DNA of 64,000 nucleotides, from the sequence record NC_042116.1; one strand, 5' to 3'. This document shows, one piece after another, positions 60,551 to 64,000 of this stretch (the stretch's first letter is position 1; each line of letters opens with the position of its first letter). Below the pieces are notes generated by a model. That model did no database searches, had not been told where the DNA came from, and worked only from the letters and a program-made list of their open reading frames with translations. A program made the position numbers and the translations under genes.

Positions 60551-61717
60551 TTAAAATGGTAATGTTAATTCTATAAATGATGTGCCTAATGTATTAGACG
60601 TTATACCCAATGAAGTACTACCACACCCCAATATTATATTATTCATCCTTCCTATATAACTCGTGTATGTCCCTATCCTTATTATATCTGTACTAGATAT
60701 TAATACAGGTACTATCGTATAACTTCCTATTACTGATGTACTTACTCCCAATCCCAATGCACCACCATTGTTATTACCACCACATACATGTAATTTGTCA
60801 TCTATTCCAATGTAACTCGATGTCGGCGGAGATGATATGAATACCATATCTTTACTAGGAGAACTCTTGTATTGAACTGGCAACTGTACCTGTATCATTA
60901 ATCCAGTACTGTTCGTATTCGTGAAACTCGTATTACCATCACCAAATGTACCAGAATCATTAGAACCTAAACAATATCCAGTACCAGATGTATAGGCTAT
61001 TACCTTTGACTCACTTACCCTTACCCCTAATATCGGATCTGTAACTGTACTGAACATACGTGTTAATGATAATATACTCGCATTTAATACCCCTCCCTCT
61101 GTACTACTCTGTAAACAATATGTCGCGTTCCTTCCCGCTCCCCATACAGTTCCATCAGTTAACATCAGTACAGTACTGTTCCCTGTAGTCGTTACATCTA
61201 ATACATTACTGCGTATGAATGTTAATGCCTTATAACCTACCGCAACTCCTGTACCTAACTCCCCGTACCTGTTTAATCCTATACCGTATAAATCATTATT
61301 GTTCATCAATACCATCGTGGTGTAACCAAAACTTATCTTCTTTATCTGTGATATGTCTATAGTACTAAAATATGAACTTACATCAGTAAACACCGTTACT
61401 TCATTCGATGTACCACCTAAATTAAATACATCCCTAGCACCACTTATATATACTTTGTTGGTATTCGTTACTATCATTGTACTCGTAGCATTACATGACA
61501 TCAATCGTACATCATTCCTTATGTATGTCAGTACGTTAAATCTGTTTACCTTATTACCTACACCTAATTGTCCACTCGTGTTATATCCACTCGTGTAAAA
61601 TAATCCAGTATTCAATAATACTATAGTCTGAAATAAATTACTATATCCAGTTTGTATATCCTTGATGAACGCAGGTTCAGGTATATTTGTGTTGCTTATT
61701 ATCGGAAATGGTAACAT
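60551..61717 (-). CDS. RCC1-like beta-propeller protein (paralog 3)
   Basis: MLPFPII leader; SGYNTSGQLGVG, LYGIGLNRYGELGTG. Confidence 0.85.
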   Translation of the reverse strand: MLPFPIISNTNIPEPAFIKDIQTGYSNLFQTIVLLNTGLFYTSGYNTSGQLGVGNKVNRFNVLTYIRNDVRLMSCNATSTMIVTNTNKVYISGARDVFNLGGTSNEVTVFTDVSSYFSTIDISQIKKISFGYTTMVLMNNNDLYGIGLNRYGELGTGVAVGYKALTFIRSNVLDVTTTGNSTVLMLTDGTVWGAGRNATYCLQSSTEGGVLNASILSLTRMFSTVTDPILGVRVSESKVIAYTSGTGYCLGSNDSGTFGDGNTSFTNTNSTGLMIQVQLPVQYKSSPSKDMVFISSPPTSSYIGIDDKLHVCGGNNNGGALGLGVSTSVIGSYTIVPVLISSTDIIRIGTYTSYIGRMNNIILGCGSTSLGITSNTLGTSFIELTLPF

Positions 61718-61728
61718 CTCTTCTCTCC

Positions 61729-62877
61729 TTATTCTGGTGTGCTTACTATAATAAAATCATATGTGTTTATTCCTAACCATGTGCTAGTACCACATCCATA
61801 TACTGTGTTATTGCTTAATATAAATGTACAACCATTTACTACATGGGCTGAACTTATTGAACCTATTTCTGTTCCTAAATTGAATGTACTAAATCCAGTA
61901 CTCCTATCAGTACTACTACCCATCTGATATCCAGCCAGACCCGCCCCATATAAAGAACTGTTGTTATAGTAAAAAGATTTTAATGTCTGTGATACAGTCT
62001 GAACTATACCTGTCGCAAAATCTTGTACTGAACCATTTTGACCACCATTACCTATGGTGAAAACAAATACTGTGTTATTAGGCCATGCAGGGATTCTTCC
62101 CCCAGGATTCGCACTAGTATTGCCACAAAATAATATCCTTGTATCCTGCATCGTACTGTCAGTACTAGCATATAGTAAACTATGTGTAGGATGCTCCTTC
62201 GCTTGTATAGGATATGTATAAGGAGATGGTAATGCTATCTCTGTCCAGCCTTGTTGAATAGTATTCATATTCGTCCCTAACTTACCATTAACACTGTTCC
62301 CTGTACCATATAACTTATTGTCATTCGTTATAGCAAATGAAGCGTTCGTATTATGATGTACTGACCGTACATTACTTAATGATTGTGTGTATGTAGTCCT
62401 ATAGGTAGAATCAGCTCCTAACCAGTACTGATTGTTAAACCCTATACCATATAATATACCATTAGTTAATAATATAAATGTTGAATTCGATCCACAACAT
62501 ATCTGCTTTACCGTAGTCTCAGGAGTACTCGTTAATGTATATAACTTATCATACCTAACCCATAACTTTCCTTGTGGACTATCATCATATCCTAATGGCC
62601 TAAAATATCCTGCACATTGATATTCTCCTGTACTTGTCCTTATTATTGTATGTGTAGGACCAACCCATACATCATCTACTCCTGTCTTGACTAATACCCA
62701 ATTCAAACTGTCAGATGCATGATCTATTCCAAATGCCCTCAGTTGATTCGTTCCCCTCATGTATAAATTACCATTACTGTATAATAATGCTATCGTCTGA
62801 TATGAAGATACTATCTTCTTTATCTGTGACTTTATTATTATATTACCATAATGACTAATAATTGAAAATGGTAACAT
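61729..62877 (-). CDS. RCC1-like beta-propeller protein (first gene of the minus-strand array)
   Basis: MLPFSII from ATG at 62877 with GGAG RBS; LYGTGNSVNGKLG. Confidence 0.85.
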   Translation of the reverse strand: MLPFSIISHYGNIIIKSQIKKIVSSYQTIALLYSNGNLYMRGTNQLRAFGIDHASDSLNWVLVKTGVDDVWVGPTHTIIRTSTGEYQCAGYFRPLGYDDSPQGKLWVRYDKLYTLTSTPETTVKQICCGSNSTFILLTNGILYGIGFNNQYWLGADSTYRTTYTQSLSNVRSVHHNTNASFAITNDNKLYGTGNSVNGKLGTNMNTIQQGWTEIALPSPYTYPIQAKEHPTHSLLYASTDSTMQDTRILFCGNTSANPGGRIPAWPNNTVFVFTIGNGGQNGSVQDFATGIVQTVSQTLKSFYYNNSSLYGAGLAGYQMGSSTDRSTGFSTFNLGTEIGSISSAHVVNGCTFILSNNTVYGCGTSTWLGINTYDFIIVSTPE

Positions 62878-63150
62878 ATGTTTCTCCATACAAATCTAGT
62901 ACTCTATTGTACTTGTAATCATATTTACCCACTTTATACCCCTCTTGTACCTTTTTAATACTATAACATGTACCACAATATACCCCCTAAAACCTCTCCA
63001 GTACTTCATAGCAAGCACGTGTTTGCTTCCTGTAGTATCGCTTCGCGATATCGAAAGGATTCAAACAAGACAAAACTACGTTTCTTAAAAGTTATGTATA
63101 TATTAACAGTACTATATGTTTGTACATATATATTGAAATATCTAACCTTG

Positions 63151-63334
63151 GACTATCAAGTACTATCAAGTATAATTGAGTACTGTTCAGTATAATTGAG
63201 TACTATCAAGTATAATTGAGTACTATCAAGTATAATTGAGTACTGTTCAGTATAATTGAGTACTATCAAGTATAATTGAGTACTATCAAGTATAATTGAG
63301 TACTATCAAGTATAATTGAGTACTGTTCAGTACT
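63151..63334. repeat. tandem array of 8 x 20-bp units in a non-coding region
   Basis: TATAATTGAGTACT(ATCAAG/GTTCAG) at 63171-63330 in order A-B-B-A-B-B-B-A, with partial units at both edges. Confidence 0.95.
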
Positions 63335-64000
63335 ACCCCCTGCCGCTATATCTTCTCCTGAAGTCGAATAGTACTTCGCACTTTTTTCTACATAACCTTT
63401 TTTCCAAAATGTTAACATGAGGTTCAGGAAAATCTCGAAGGTGCGTGAAATCAAATACGAATCCTATAAAATTTGGAGCACCCTCTAGACTTTTGTCCAG
63501 TACTCAAAAGTTCAAAAAACATTTAAGGATTCTTTAAAATTAATTTAAAAGTATATAGTACTGTATAAATGAACAGTACTAAAAATAATTAAAGAAAAAT
63601 GAATAAAAGTACAAAAAGGGTTGACGAGATAAGCTGGTGATGATAAGATGTATCCAAGATGAAGAACACAGTTAGACACCTCTCTCGTTGAAGCTGAAGA
63701 AATCATCTAGTACTAGTAAATTGCCGAACATGTTGCCGCATGTTATTACTGGTACGAAATGGGAAACAATCTTTCCCCACCTCTCTTTCTCGCTATTGTT
63801 CAGGAAAGATTTAGTACTGAACGTATGGAAGTAATATTGATAAAATTAGGATAGTACTTTATAATAAGTTCTCATAAAGCACACGCTGGAGAGTATATTA
63901 TAAAGTACTATCCTTTTTATATTGAAGGATTGTTAAGTACTATACTTAGATTTATATTGTGGTTTCTTTGAATTTTGATTGTACTATCCCTATCTGCTAT

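Noticed and set aside
1664-62620. Numerous opposite-strand or alternate-frame ORFs in the ORF track (e.g. 1664-, 3254-, 4600-, 9306-, 12648-, 33810+, 49700-, 57414+ to 62432+)
   Set aside because: They overlap better-supported genes or RNA genes, lack RBSs and look like shadow frames
63151-63334. CRISPR array
   Set aside because: Units are directly adjacent 20-mers with no unique spacers; no cas genes in the window
1-64000. Amber (TAG) stop-codon reassignment suggested by the CUA tRNA
   Set aside because: Long genes are uninterrupted under the standard code and coding density is already high; no TAG-fragmented genes seen
1-64000. Integrase, IS elements, rRNA, or a Ro60/RtcB gene
   Set aside because: No supporting motifs seen in any ORF of this window; they may lie elsewhere in the genome

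Overview
This window is a segment of a very AT-rich (about 30% GC by eye) lytic jumbo bacteriophage genome. The host is probably a member of the Enterobacterales, and the gene content resembles the GAP32/RaK2/BF/CBB/fHe-Yen9-04 group (inference from content, no search run). Positions 1-57.1 kb are almost entirely + strand: dense short hypothetical ORFs, several paralog families, about 26 tRNA genes (including an amber-suppressor CUA tRNA), five HNH endonucleases, an Acb2 anti-CBASS protein, an orphan HicA-like protein, a YadA-type trimeric autotransporter, a kinase-like protein, a sigma-70-like factor and a DksA/TraR protein. Positions 57.1-62.9 kb hold six tandem minus-strand RCC1-like beta-propeller paralogs, followed by a non-coding end with an 8 x 20-bp tandem repeat. 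The most striking unexplained signal is a family of 15 non-coding RNA elements interleaved with the tRNAs (7.5-20.7 kb). They share a covarying terminal helix (R-R-A-W-T-Y type) followed by an unpaired RCAGCA motif and occur in three topologies: (1) minimal scaffolds, several displaying near-perfect Lys(UUU) or Asn(GUU) anticodon stem-loops; (2) scaffolds carrying a circularly permuted tRNA body (T arm, loop-closed acceptor, D arm), which is the architecture of bacterial YrlA Y RNAs; (3) normally ordered tRNAs whose anticodon arm is replaced by the same scaffold. The working hypothesis is a phage Y-RNA-like tRNA-decoy/RNA-repair system against anticodon nucleases, supported by two adjacent cyclic-phosphate-processing receiver-domain genes. 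A dedicated promoter class (WTGAAAC-N14-TGGTATAAT, 8 copies) is found only in front of RNA genes and also points to a further unannotated structured RNA of about 550 nt at 44.3 kb. All structures were derived by hand, so coordinates may be off by a few bases.
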